DNA of 64,000 nt, from assembly GCA_002633005.1 (NCBI GenBank), contig NMRA01000092.1, positions 260,191 through 324,190 on the forward strand, in the 5' to 3' direction. This stretch comes from Phoronis australis (taxonomy: Eukaryota > Animalia > Phoronida). The notes under the pieces were generated by a model, which searched no databases, was not told where the DNA came from, and was given only the letters and a program-made list of their open reading frames with translations. A program made the translations under genes and the position numbers. Of this stretch, positions 38,001 to 50,059 are shown in pieces. Every line of letters begins with the position of its first letter. Position 1 is the first letter of the stretch.

Positions 38001-40457
38001 TGTGTTCTTACATTATTCTGATACTAAAACGGAGTGGTCTAGCTTTATCTTGTGTGTATGGGCTAGAAGTGTTTAGCTGTTACAAGCATGTTCCTTATGT
38101 TGTACTCAGGCCACTTTTTGAAAAGATTAAAGCATTTACCGTTAAATATTTTAATTTAGCGGAATTTTTCAAGAGGTCGTAGGTGTTCGCAAGACAGCGG
38201 AAAAGTGTACACCGATTGTCATTTTACATGTTGGTGAAAAAATTAATCAAATTCTTAAAATTGCAAATTTGTCTGTTAAACTTGAGCTAGCCACAAACCA
38301 AGTGCAATCAGCATATTAGTTTGATTGTGAGTGCAAACAATTTATTTTGGCCGCCAACAAAAGTGATGGTAAACCAGACCAGAGTTCTTATTACACCCAG
38401 TTCCGTTAGAAGGATGCGAACCAATAATATTAGGCAATGTAATATAATTATCGCAATGTTCACGTTACCATTGCTATGTGCAAAATCTAACAAACTATAG
38501 TCTACGTTTACAGAAAATATCAACATAATGTCTCTCAGTTTTTAAGAAATGAGGAAAGCCGTGATCACGAAACATAAAAAGCGACAAGGCTGAAGACAAT
38601 GGGATTGCTAAAGAGTTGAAATCTGTTTTCTGATTAAATGAGCTCTTTGAGCTATTATTCAGAGATTCTAGTTGTATACAGGGATTGTCATCCCCCTTGA
38701 CACCTACCACGGTGCGAATCCCTCACTGCGAGGAGAGATCCCTTGCCACTTTCCACAAAACACTTACCACGCACAAGGAGCGTTTATTGCAGAACCTGGA
38801 CCTTTAAGGCCGCGGTAAGCATGGCTGCTTCGGGCGGGGCAAGAGTTCAGAAGAACGTTCCATACATGAGAGAAACTCGCAAAATCACGCGAGTTTCTGA
38901 AAGAGCCCGAAAACACCCGTTATTCCCCCGAAATGATTTCGCATTCTCAAAAATCTCACATTGGTGTCTTTCGTAAAAGAGTGGTGGTGCTCGGAAACTG
39001 CACCCTGATTCACACAGTTGACTTCAAAGTGCCCTTTACCATAGGAGGGAGTGAGTGGCAGGCAGACTACACTTGAAATTAAACAATGCAACTCTATCGG
39101 AGGTGGTGACTTGTTTCCACCTGCATTTTAACTTTGCTTGACTTTTATTTGCCTTGGATGATTAAATAAAAACAAAGATTGTTTTGAAATCATTGTAAGA
39201 TTCACGTAGCATAAGTCTTTTTATAGCGTCACTTTTTACGACAAATGATTGAAGCAATTTCTTCGTCCTCGAGTTCGTCGTCGCATGAAATCTCATGGCT
39301 GGTACCTTCTTCATCGGTCCCTAGGTAGGCGACTATACCTCCAATGGTTTCCTGCCAGTTGCCACCCTGCACTACTACGGAGAGTCGAAGAAACACCTGT
39401 CATGAACTTGAAACACTCGCCAAGTTTTACTTCATAAGCAGTTTGACCACTACAAGAGTAGTTTGGCGACACAAGTCATTGAAAAGCTTCTAAGGGACAA
39501 GGTTTTAAGGACCAACCAACATTGAGAAAGTAATGACATTTTGTTACATTTTCGAAACCTTTGTCTCGTGCCAGAAATGCAAAACGATCTCGAAACAGCA
39601 AGCATGGGAGCTTTATGTTGATGGAACTCTCGGAAATCCACGGTAGGCCTACACACAAGTGTTACCAACTATTTACAGCGGCAGTAAATATTTATCCGTC
39701 GAAAACAAACATTGCTATGAATCACTTAACGCCACTATAAAATTTGTCTCAGCCGTTTCCTTACTCAGATACGTGATTTTTGGGTTTGCAAAGAACTGAC
39801 AGCTCGTTATCCCTCGAAACAATGCCAACTTAATGTAGAGTTGGACCAATAGCAATAACGAAGTGCCACTTATTTTCAAGCCCAAAAATAATGCCTATTT
39901 TAATTGAGAAGCAATTCTAGACTAATTTCATAACGGTAAGTAGTTGGTTTATAGCCGCTTTAAATGGTTCAGTCTCAGTTGGCGAAGTAATAAGTGACCA
40001 GGGTACTTAAAAAGACCTCTTTCGGCGAAGGTGTTTCCGATTCCAGGCAGTCTCTGCCACGGAGTTCGCTATAGAATGATTCTTAGCTAACATTGAGCAA
40101 GCTAATTTAATTATATCTATAATTGTAATAATACTTATTTTAAAATGTGAATTCATATTATGACTAAAGAGTTCACAAATTGATGTCAACGTTTAGTTTT
40201 AATTATTCACTTGAGCTTTCATTTCTGATAAAAGATTACTATTAAGCAAACAGTTTAGCGTGGACAGGTTTATTAGTAGAAAAGACATTTTTTGGATTCC
40301 TATACCTAACATGATTATGTCTTATATAAGAAACAAGGAAATTCAACTTCGTGTGACAATCATTTTTAAGCTTGGCCATTAACAAGGCTCCCGAAAATAT
40401 GTAATTTGCCGAAAATGTTTAATTAACCAGTCATGGTTAAATTTGGTAGGACAAAAG

Positions 40458-40702
40458 GCTTGAATAATATTTGCCAAGCTTGAATAATATTGGCCAAGTT
40501 TGAATAATATTGACCAAGCTTGAATAACATTGGCCCGGTGTGAATAATGTTGACCAAGCTTGATTAATATTGGCACAGTTTGAATAATATTAACCAAGCT
40601 TGAATAATATTGACCAAGTTGGATTGATATTGGCCAAGCTTGAATAATATTGGCTAAGCTTAAATAATATTGGCCAAGCTTGAATACTATTGGTCAGCTT
40701 GA
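40458..40702. repeat. 20-bp minisatellite (CCAAGCTTGAATAATATTGG), ~12 units
   Basis: Visible tandem array. Confidence 0.92.
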
Positions 40703-41614
40703 ACACGAACATGTACTTTCCAGCTTGGATCAGTGTCGAATTCAGTGTAGGACCAGTTATTTTTCGCAGGATGCTTGAAGAGGTGTGCGAATGCTAGCTT
40801 TGTACATCTGTATCAAGCAGTGTGTTTTTCGTACGTCCCTGTCGAATTGCATTGTTGACCTCTTCGCAAATGTTTAGATAATAATCTTTTTAAAATGGAA
40901 CTTGCACGCTAATTCCTTATCTCAATGACTGCTTGGTCAAATTTGGTGGAAACACAACATATAGCGACGATGTGAATATGAAGTCGGTTGAAAATTGCCA
41001 AATAATTTTAAGAACGAATTTTGTGTCAAAAGAGATCCGCCGTAAATCACTCATTCACCGAATCCAGTTGGGAAATAACACTGCATGATGCAGGTTATGT
41101 GAGCCCCCAAGTTACGTCATCAGTGCACCTATTTGCAGAATTTTTTGGTTTTCACATTTACAAGTTGTCAAAGAATACAACTGCACTTTGTTTAGCGTAT
41201 GTTCAATTAGAATTGTCTTTTAGTCCATGCTATACATAAGGAGTTAGGAGCAAGGAGTTTACTATAGTACTGCGATCCTTATTCACATTGTTCAGGTTTA
41301 TACCGTAGTACAGAAGTGTCAAGTGGGGGTGGGCTTTTGTTATTTTTCCTCACGGTCAAAAGCTCAACTTGTTAGCAGTTACGTCAGTACTTATGTTACG
41401 AAAACTTTTTTCGTTGAAATTTTAAGGTTAAAATCAACAAATAGCAGGAATTCAATTCCTTTTGGGCGAGATCATTGAGATATAGTGTACTTCGCAGGAG
41501 CAATTTCATTACTGAAAAAGACCGTAGACGTTGACAAACAATTTTGTCTTTTTTGTAATGTTCATGTGCGAGGTCATGAAAAAAACTTCGTAACACAAAG
41601 CAACAGAAAGAAGA

Positions 41615-42027
41615 CCTCTGCCGGTTGCATGTAACAGTCCTAAATATGGACCCTATTGCGTATTTGCGAGCTTGTGAAAACACTGGTTGTCCTATCTTAT
41701 GCTGTTTGAGTATCAATACTATGCCAATTTTTGGCTTTGATCGAGAGGGCATACATTGAAATCTCAATATTAACGAAAATAAGTAGGGACCTTTTCATGC
41801 AAAACCCCCAAATTAAGTACCATGTCCCTAAATATTTTGATTGAATTAAGGGCTCAGTTTTTAGTTTTATTATTAGAAAATGCCATTAGTCAAAGAAGAA
41901 CTCATAATAAAGATGAAACTATAGAAAACTATTATACATGTGCCTAAAGAACGAAACCAATACAAAAAAGTTTTAGGGAACTTAATTGAGTACCTATTTG
42001 GAACTGTTTCATGCAACCGGCCACTGG
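41615..42027. mobile_element. MITE, same family as 15208-15650
   Basis: gccggttgcatgtaacagtcc...ggaactgtttcatgcaaccggccactgg. Confidence 0.75.
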
Positions 42028-42695
42028 ACGCTTTTACTATGCAGTAAATAGACGAGTTTCACCACACCGCTCAAGAGCGTAAAGCGTTACCATCACAATT
42101 TGTTTAGTTTTTGATGTTTCAGTTCGCTAATGAAATGAACATCATCAACCTAAAAAATCATATATTCAGCTAAATAAACGAGAATTTTGAAATTTTAAAG
42201 AAAAATTGGTTATTTCCAAGTTTGTCACCAAATTACGTAGTAATAGTTGCATAAATCGATAACGAAATGATTACTTAGAAAACTGTAACTATAGCTTTTT
42301 TAAGTTTTCGTTTTGAACATTTACATCAAATGAAATTTTGCCATGGTATTGATTGCAGTGTTTTCCTACCAAAGTATCTCTGACTTTTTGCCAAATTTTA
42401 CAAAAGACATGGTCACATGACCCAATTAAGCACATAGTTTCAAAAAGCCAAAAACCGAATTCTATAGGCTTTCCACTTGAATCTATAGATTTCAGGGTAT
42501 TTGTCCAACACAGACCCGTCGATCAGGTCCCATTTTTCTTCAAATGTCAACTTTTACTAAAGAAGTGAATTTATGGACGCTTTAACAGCTCTCAATCAAA
42601 TTACTCTTGAGACACAGGTAACAGTCTGCTAGTGACACGTTTAATTTGTGACGTACAATGATTAATGACGTATACTATTCGCAGTTAGTTTAAAG

Positions 42696-42856
42696 ATGGT
42701 TTTTCAAGTGTCAAAGATGCTTGGAAAGGTTTGGCAAATATTTTGTGAGAATTTCTTGCTGTTTATTACTTGTATTTGGTACAATGTTAAGAAAATCGGA
42801 GTTGCATTTAACGACTTCATTTGTTGTTCGCTTCACCGGTTCGTCGTGGGAGATGG
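42696..42856 (+). other. Truncated second copy of the 5' end of the 486-aa ORF, cut at N42857
   Basis: MVFQVSKMLGKVWQIFCENFLLFITCIWYNVKK...VVGDG is identical to the ORF at 49899 except residue 2. Confidence 0.85.
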
Positions 42857-43069
42857 NAAAAGACATGATTAAAAGACACGTTATTTCAAAACACACTTGT
42901 TCATTCCCAAGTGGAAATAAAAAGACGCAGTAGTATCACCACAGAGCAAAAATAGGAACAAGTGGGACTCGGGAGGTGTGAAATACTGCAAAGAATGACA
43001 AATGAAGGGGGTAACAGGAAAGTCACGCAAACAAAAGTAGCGTGCGGCACGACCCTGTTTGCAGCTCAT

Positions 43070-43700
43070 TCAAAACCGATTTCTCTAATGTAAGTAAAAG
43101 GGACTCCAATACTTTCAATCGCAGAACATCGTGCTCAACGTATCGAATGGACGTGTTTTACACAATTTCTTGACGGGTGACTTTAAGTTCATGACACTGT
43201 AGAAAATGATCTTGGATGGAGCCATTTTGAAGATGCATAGATAACCGATGGGAAGACACCAAACTGTTTGACCAATGTAACATTATAGGACAATCAACCG
43301 AGGACATTGGTTCATAGGGCGTACAGACTCATAAACAACACTACATCGGGACTTTCGCTTTAGAAATATTATTTTTCATGACGAAGTTGGAGGACTTCCT
43401 ATTCCGATAATAAATAACGACACCGAGGTCATCATCGGGATTACAAACTTTAACATTATTCCTAATGATTTTCTTAATGGCGAGTTCGTCCTGGAGGTAA
43501 TTATTGGGCATAACATTTTTGTAAAATACCTTTTTGATCAAACCGGTCCGACGTGCACTGGATTCACAATTAGTTTCGGACATGAATCGACTAATATATG
43601 ACGATCTACAAAAGCATTGGTGTAGCCATCATTCACAAGGGTTTGTCTTATACGAACTATGTTCCGAGGATACGAACGGAACGGAATAAAGATTGTTGAC
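43070..43700 (-). mobile_element. Degraded Penelope-like retroelement 3' part (RT C-terminal region plus GIY-YIG endonuclease)
   Basis: Fragments IVRIRQTLVNDGYTNAFVDRHI, FYKNVMPNNYLQDELAIKKII...VIYYRNRKSSNFVMKNN, SVVYE...C...YIGQT, RLSMHLQNGSIQDHF and LRLKVLESL, with stops and frameshifts. Confidence 0.8.
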
Positions 43701-46039
43701 GACAAGTGTTGTGTATTCAACCAATAATGCATTTACGAGTAACGTTCCGATGCCAATATGCATTGAAAACATAGACGCCGCAAAACCCGAAGTAGACCAA
43801 TACAAGCTTGGGAAAAAACACCAAAATATAAGCTGAGAACAAGTAGTTACGTTTATTTTTTTCTTTTCAAAAACCACTTACATGTCCATTGAACAAAATA
43901 TTATCTGTTTCGTAGGGCCTACTCCAGAACACCAGTCACTCACCACCAACAACAAAATATCATTTTTACCTGTCACGTAATAATCTTATTGCACTGCCGC
44001 GGCGTACCCGGAGATCTATAAAGTGGACCGCATTACCATTTTAAAATTTCTCCAAGCATGATGGTACAGGCCCAGAGTTGTCACGTGAACCGGCTGTGAA
44101 GCGCTGCTCCTAAAACTGAGCATGTGCACGCTGGTGTCATTTTAAATGTTATCAGTGTCTTTCATTTCTTATCATGAAAAATTTTCGGGAGATAATTTCC
44201 AGATTCCTCCATTTTGACAGAATTCCAAGATTGGTCCAAGTTAAGTACCCAAAAAGGAATCTGAATACCAATGGAAATTTCCAAGTTTTTGTTGGCGAGT
44301 GTCGACCCGGCAAACACAACAGGTCTGGGTCTGTTGATGCTGATTCGGAAGTGATGCTAGATCGCACAACCACCTAACCATGTGTGGCGGGTAACACAAC
44401 AGTTGGTCACGTGGTAATTGATATAATTTTAAGGAGACTACACTGTCTGTTTTCACTTCAAAAATCGACTAATTATTTAATAATTTTTTGAGGTTTGATA
44501 TCCGTCTGAAGGTGACATGTAAAATGAAATAAAAAATATGTCGGAAAATAAGAATATTGAAGTCAATGATAATCTTTAAAGATCTCTAAAATACTGAAAT
44601 ACTGAAATGACATGCAGCAGCAGAGGCTGGACGTTCTGCAGCCAACGCTGACGCTCAGACAGTGATGACACAGATTAAAATGGGAACATAAAAATGCAGA
44701 TATAACTTGACATGAAAATCGTACAAGAAAAATATCACCAACAACTCAAAAATAGGTCTTGAACTTCATTGTATAAGGAACGGAATGAATTAAACAAGGG
44801 AATATCAACCAAATAAGCAAAATAAATAATAAACGATCATGTCTAAACATGCAATGACTACAACATTTTCACACACAGTATGTAAACAAAATTACAGTAA
44901 ACAACAACAATAAACGATAAGCTATAAAATCAATGAGAGGTCAGTATAAATGCCGTGGCTCACCATGATAGTGTACCACAGTTCTTCAAAGCTTTATGCT
45001 GACATATCACCTTAAAACGAACCCACTTTATAATGTTGATTGTTTAGAACATTCCATTCAACAAATCTCATTTTAAATTAGACACAATACCCTTTCTACA
45101 CTTCCTTTTTCAACAAACACGGAAACAATGTTCACATGGTTGCAATATCACCTGTAAAGCTTTGTCCATACACTCCGATTTTGAATAAGATTGTCCTATA
45201 TGACATTTGAACCACAATCTACACACCCCAATTGCCGTGCACTACTTTTGAATCACTGTCTACACACTCCGAATGTCGAGTCAAAACACTAGCAACAAAT
45301 TTCGATTAGTCATTCAACATCCCGGCCAACCCGCGATCGAGAACGCCCGGAAGGCGATCGAGAACGAGACCTTGCACCAAAAGTGGCAGACGACAGTGAC
45401 GTACCCTGTGAATTAAAATGTCATTTTCATTTTCTGCTTAAAAAGAAGCCACTTTGGTCCAAACGCTACACACAGAAAAGCGTCAGAGTGTACTAACCTT
45501 TGTTGTGGATCTGAAATAATACTTGGCTTTTGCTTATTTTTTAAAATAACGAGCTCAGAAAGCAATGGCTTTCGGTAAAATGCCTTGCGCCTCGTAAAAT
45601 CGACATTTTTTACTTGTTATTAGCAATTCCAGAGACGTGTGACATTTATAGTTTAATTGTCCCTGGTGACACCTTTGTTAGTTATGATTTGTGAAAAAAA
45701 TGAAATATTTACCAATACAAGCAGGTCTTTGTGTGAGACGGCGATCTGGAACGATGTCGTTAATTCTCTATAGCGATCTTGAAAGCACATTTTTTTCTCT
45801 GCATTGGCCTGAATAGTCGTTAAAGTTAAGGTATTATGTCAATACTTTTAGAATATTACAGAGCCTGTATTAGTTAATGGGTTTACTATTAATTACATTT
45901 CATCTTTTTTTCATTATTTCTAAGTGAGATTTAGCCTAAGAAACATAACTGAATGTGTTTGATTTCTTTCAGTTGAACTGTAGCCACACGACGATTCATT
46001 CAGGGTGTTAACGTCCACGCCTTCAAAAAAGAGTATTAC

Positions 46040-46421
46040 AACTTCTGCATGTCACAACGGAGTGTATGTATGTGTGTTGTGGAGCCTCGTTCAGGAACTA
46101 AGAAATCGACTTAATATGACCACATGGCAATAAAATACAGTGACAGTACAAAAAGGCAAGACCTTTACCAGCCCTGTGATTGACGCGTTGCATTCGTCAA
46201 GAGTTTTTTTACCAATATAGTTAAACACAGCATGAAGCATCGTGTTCAGATACCAAGTCAAGTCAGTGTCCTATCTGTGATCAATGTTTCACGGAAAGAG
46301 TGAGCCTGATGCGACACTGTGTCACAGCACGATGACACTCTTTTTTTGTAGTGAATGTGGCATGTCATGCAAACAGTATGCCTCCTTCTACAGGCATAGC
46401 AAGAAAAACCATCATGAATGA
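46040..46421 (+). pseudogene. Frameshifted C2H2 zinc-finger array remnant
   Basis: CPICDQCFTERVSLMRHC at 46267 and CSECGMSCKQYASFYRHSKKNH at 46347 lie in different frames. A further decayed finger (YVC..CGASF...HM) lies near 46064-46130. Confidence 0.7.
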
Positions 46422-47939
46422 AATCATTAAGTCCGGTGGCGAAGGTTGTTAAGTAACTTATTCAGATTTAGAGAGTCTGTGGTTGGTAGTTGTCTGATGT
46501 GATAGTATTTTGACGTTTTGTTTTGAACCTTTTTTCCTCAAGTTTATTTCTATATCTGTGCTATTTCAAAAGGATCTTTAACAGAACCGGTACATTTTTG
46601 TAGTGTTTAGGTAGATTTAAATGGCCATACTACTGAAGTATCATTGGGCAATACTTACATACAATTGTTCCGACCAATTAGTATTTTAAAAGAAAATATA
46701 TATCTATGATTATTGTAGAAATTGCTTTCATGTTGTTGTTGATTTCCTGTGGGAGACTATTATACTGTCAGTCAGTCCTAAATACATTGTCTATGATTCA
46801 GTGATAGTTTAGTTTAATACATTACAAAAGTAAATGTTCAATTAATTTGTTATGTTGATTTCCCTAAAGCAATAAATTTATATATTTTTGTCAGACCAAT
46901 TTTGAAGTATGTGTAATAAAAGATTAATATTATAATAGAGATTCTATAATATTGTTGATTTCCTGTGTAAATCACTACAGTTTGTAGTTCAAGTGACGTT
47001 AATGACAACATGTTGACTTCGTTTTGAGAAAATCACAATATAGTATGTGTCTTATAACTGTCTCAATCTTTTTCAATGTTGCATTAAACTGGAGATCATG
47101 AACTGATGATGCAGGTAAACTTAGGACAAAGACTACAAAACAGAAGAGTCAAACACAACGTACATTCAAGCCACACGGGTGCCACAAGTCAATCTGTTCA
47201 TCTCTGTATCGATGTTATCATTGAAATATCAAGTAAAATCCCACCCGTTTTATGAGCACACCAGTTTACACAACTTCTGGCCAATTTTTAGATCCCAGAC
47301 GTTTATGAGTGGGAATCTTTGAATCATCTCGTGAAGTATTGCCGCACTCCCTTCTCTCCCCATGGGCAAGCCCATCATTATTCTTTGACTTCACTGGGTA
47401 TTTGTTTTTTTTCCTTTTGCTGTCAAAATTTTACAAGAAGATTCTACACTCGCTTTCATCTTGGTGCCGCAACAATTTGTTTATACCTGACTGACACGCC
47501 ACATAAAACAACTCCTGGGTGAGTCTTCAGTTTAGAAACCCTTGTTCTCAGTGATTTCGTCTAAAAGTAGATGCCTGTACTTTTGAAAACCCTGGTAGGG
47601 TGTACCTTCACGTCGTGGGTAATATGTTCGTTGAAGCTCGCCTCACAATAACAGTGAACTTGTTTCCTGAAATGAAAATAAATTCGTTTGTGAAAGATCC
47701 ACATTCTCAAAATTAGAGCCCCCGCCCAGGTTGAGTGCGGACATTACAGTATGAGATGAGTAGGTTTTATAAAATGGCTGCGATGATAAGTTGCTAAGGC
47801 AACATCGTCACCTGAAGCTTCTCTTCGTAAAAGATTTTAAAATGAGAGGCTCGAAGATCACTAGATGGCGCTAGTATAACAATAGCTCACCTGGATGTTT
47901 GCATCCATCCACAGTTCACATGCAACATGGGACGAACGC

Positions 47940-50059
47940 TCAAGAGCTTTGTGTTCTTACATTATTCCGATAGTAGAACGGAGTGGCCTAGCTTTATCTT
48001 GTGATTATGGGCCACAAGTTTTTTGGTTGTTACAAGTATGTTCTTTATGTTGTCTTCAGGCCACTTTTTGAAAAGATTAAAGAATTAACCGTTAAATATT
48101 TTAATTTTTTGGCAGCATTTCTCAAGAGGTCGCAAGTGTTCACAGTACTGCGGAAAAGAGTACACCGATTGTCATTTTTAATGTTGGTGAAAACAACTGC
48201 ACTTTGTTTAGCGTATGTTCAATTAGCATTGTCTTTTAGTCCATGCTATACATAAGCATAGTTAGGAGCAAGGATTTTGCTATAGTACTGCGATCCATAC
48301 TCACACGGTTCAGGGTTATACCGTAGTACCGAAGTGCCAAGTGGGGGTTTGCTTTTGTTATTTTTTCCTCTCGTTATTTTTGTATGCTCAGACCAACAGC
48401 TCAACTTGTTAGCAGTTACGTCAATACTTATGTTATGAATGCTTTTTTCGTTGAAATTTTAAGTTTAAAATCAATAAATAGCAGGAGTTCAATTCCTTTT
48501 GGGTGAGATCATTGAGGTATAGTGTACTTCGCAGGAGCAATTTCATTACTGAAAAAGACCGTAGACGTTGACAACCAATTTTGTCTTTTTTTGTAATGTT
48601 CATGTGCGAGGTCATGAAAAAAACTTCGTAACACAAAGCAACAGAAAGAAGACCTCTGCCGGTTGCATGTAACAGTCCTAAATAGGGACCCTACTGCGTA
48701 TTTGCGAGCTTGTGAAAACACTGGTTGTCCTATCTTATGCTGTTTGAGTATCAATACTATGCCAATTTTTGGCTTTGATCGAGAGGGCATACATTGAAAT
48801 CTCAATATTTATGAAAATAAGTAGGAATCTTTTCATGCAAAATCCCCAAATTAAGGACTATGTCCCTAAATATTTTGATTGAATTAAGGGCTCAGTTTTT
48901 AGTTTTATAGTAGAAAATGCCATATGTCAAAGAAGAACTCATAATAAAGATGAAACTATAGAAAACTATCATACATGTGCCTAAAGAACGAAAATAATAC
49001 AAAAAAGATTTAGGGAACTTAGATGAGTACCTATTTGGAACTGTTTCATGCAACCGGCCACTGGACGCTTTTACTATGCAGTAAATAGATGAGTTTCATC
49101 ACACCGCTCAAGAGCGTAAAGCGTTCCCATGACAATTTGTTTAGTTTTTGATGTTTCAGTTCGCTAATGAAATGAACATCATCAACCTAAATAATCATAT
49201 ATTCAGCTAAATAAACGAGAATTTTAAAATTTTAAAGAAAAATTGGTTATTTCCAAGTTTGTCACTAAATTACGCCATGAGTGGAAGACGTTTGATTGGC
49301 TTCTTCTGTTTGGGGATTTGGAAACAAACATGGGTGCAAGTGATGACCACTGCCTGTTTGTGGCAACGTTTTTTCACTAATATTTTAGACATTGTGGATT
49401 ATAAACACTAAAAATTAATTATTTTAATTCTTAAAACGGTCAAAATCAGTTAACTAAAATGGAAGAAAGGAGAAATAACGCGCTTTACGACTTATGTTCT
49501 TTTGTTGATATGTCNTTGAACATTTACATCAAATGAAATTTTGCCATGGTGTTGATTGCAGTGTTTTCCTACCAATGTATCTCTGACTTTTTGCCAAATT
49601 TTACAAAAGACATGGTCACATGACCCAATTAAGCACATAGTTTCAAAAAGCCAAAAACCGAATTCTACAGGCTTTCCACTTGAATCTATAGATTTCAGGG
49701 TATTTGTCCAACACAGACCCGTCGATAAGGTCTTATTTTTCTTCAAATATCAATTTTTACTAAAGAAGTGAATTTATGGACGCTTTAACAGCTCTCAATC
49801 AAATTACTCTTGAGACACAGGTAACAGTCTGCTAGTGACACGTTTAATTTGTGACGTACAATGATTAATGACGTATACTATTCGCAGTTAGTTTAAAAAT
49901 GATTTTTCAAGTGTCAAAGATGCTTGGAAAGGTTTGGCAAATATTTTGTGAGAATTTCTTGCTGTTTATTACTTGTATTTGGTACAATGTTAAGAAAATC
50001 GGAGTTGCATTTAACGACTTCATTTGTTGTTCGCTTCACCGGTTCGTCGTGGGAGATGG
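47940..50059 (+). repeat. Copy 2 of the second duplicated block
   Basis: Matches 37990-38238 plus 41177-42856, except a different segment at about 49275-49514 next to N49515. Confidence 0.9.
48655..49063. mobile_element. MITE, same family as 15208-15650; counterpart of 41615-42027
   Basis: Same TIRs and internal sequence. Confidence 0.75.

Larger units (their letters stand above)
37990..42856 (+). repeat. Copy 1 of a second duplicated block (37990-38238 plus 41177-42856, split by a ~2.9-kb insert); copy 2 is 47940-50059
   Basis: ctcacgagctttgtgttcttac...atgttggtgaaa and acaactgcactttg...gggagatgg match a nearly contiguous sequence at 47940-50059. Copy 1 ends at N42857. Confidence 0.9.

Noticed and set aside
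41396-41767. 123-aa ORF and its twin at 48509-48805
   Set aside because: Starts inside a MITE, and the two copies differ by a frameshift.
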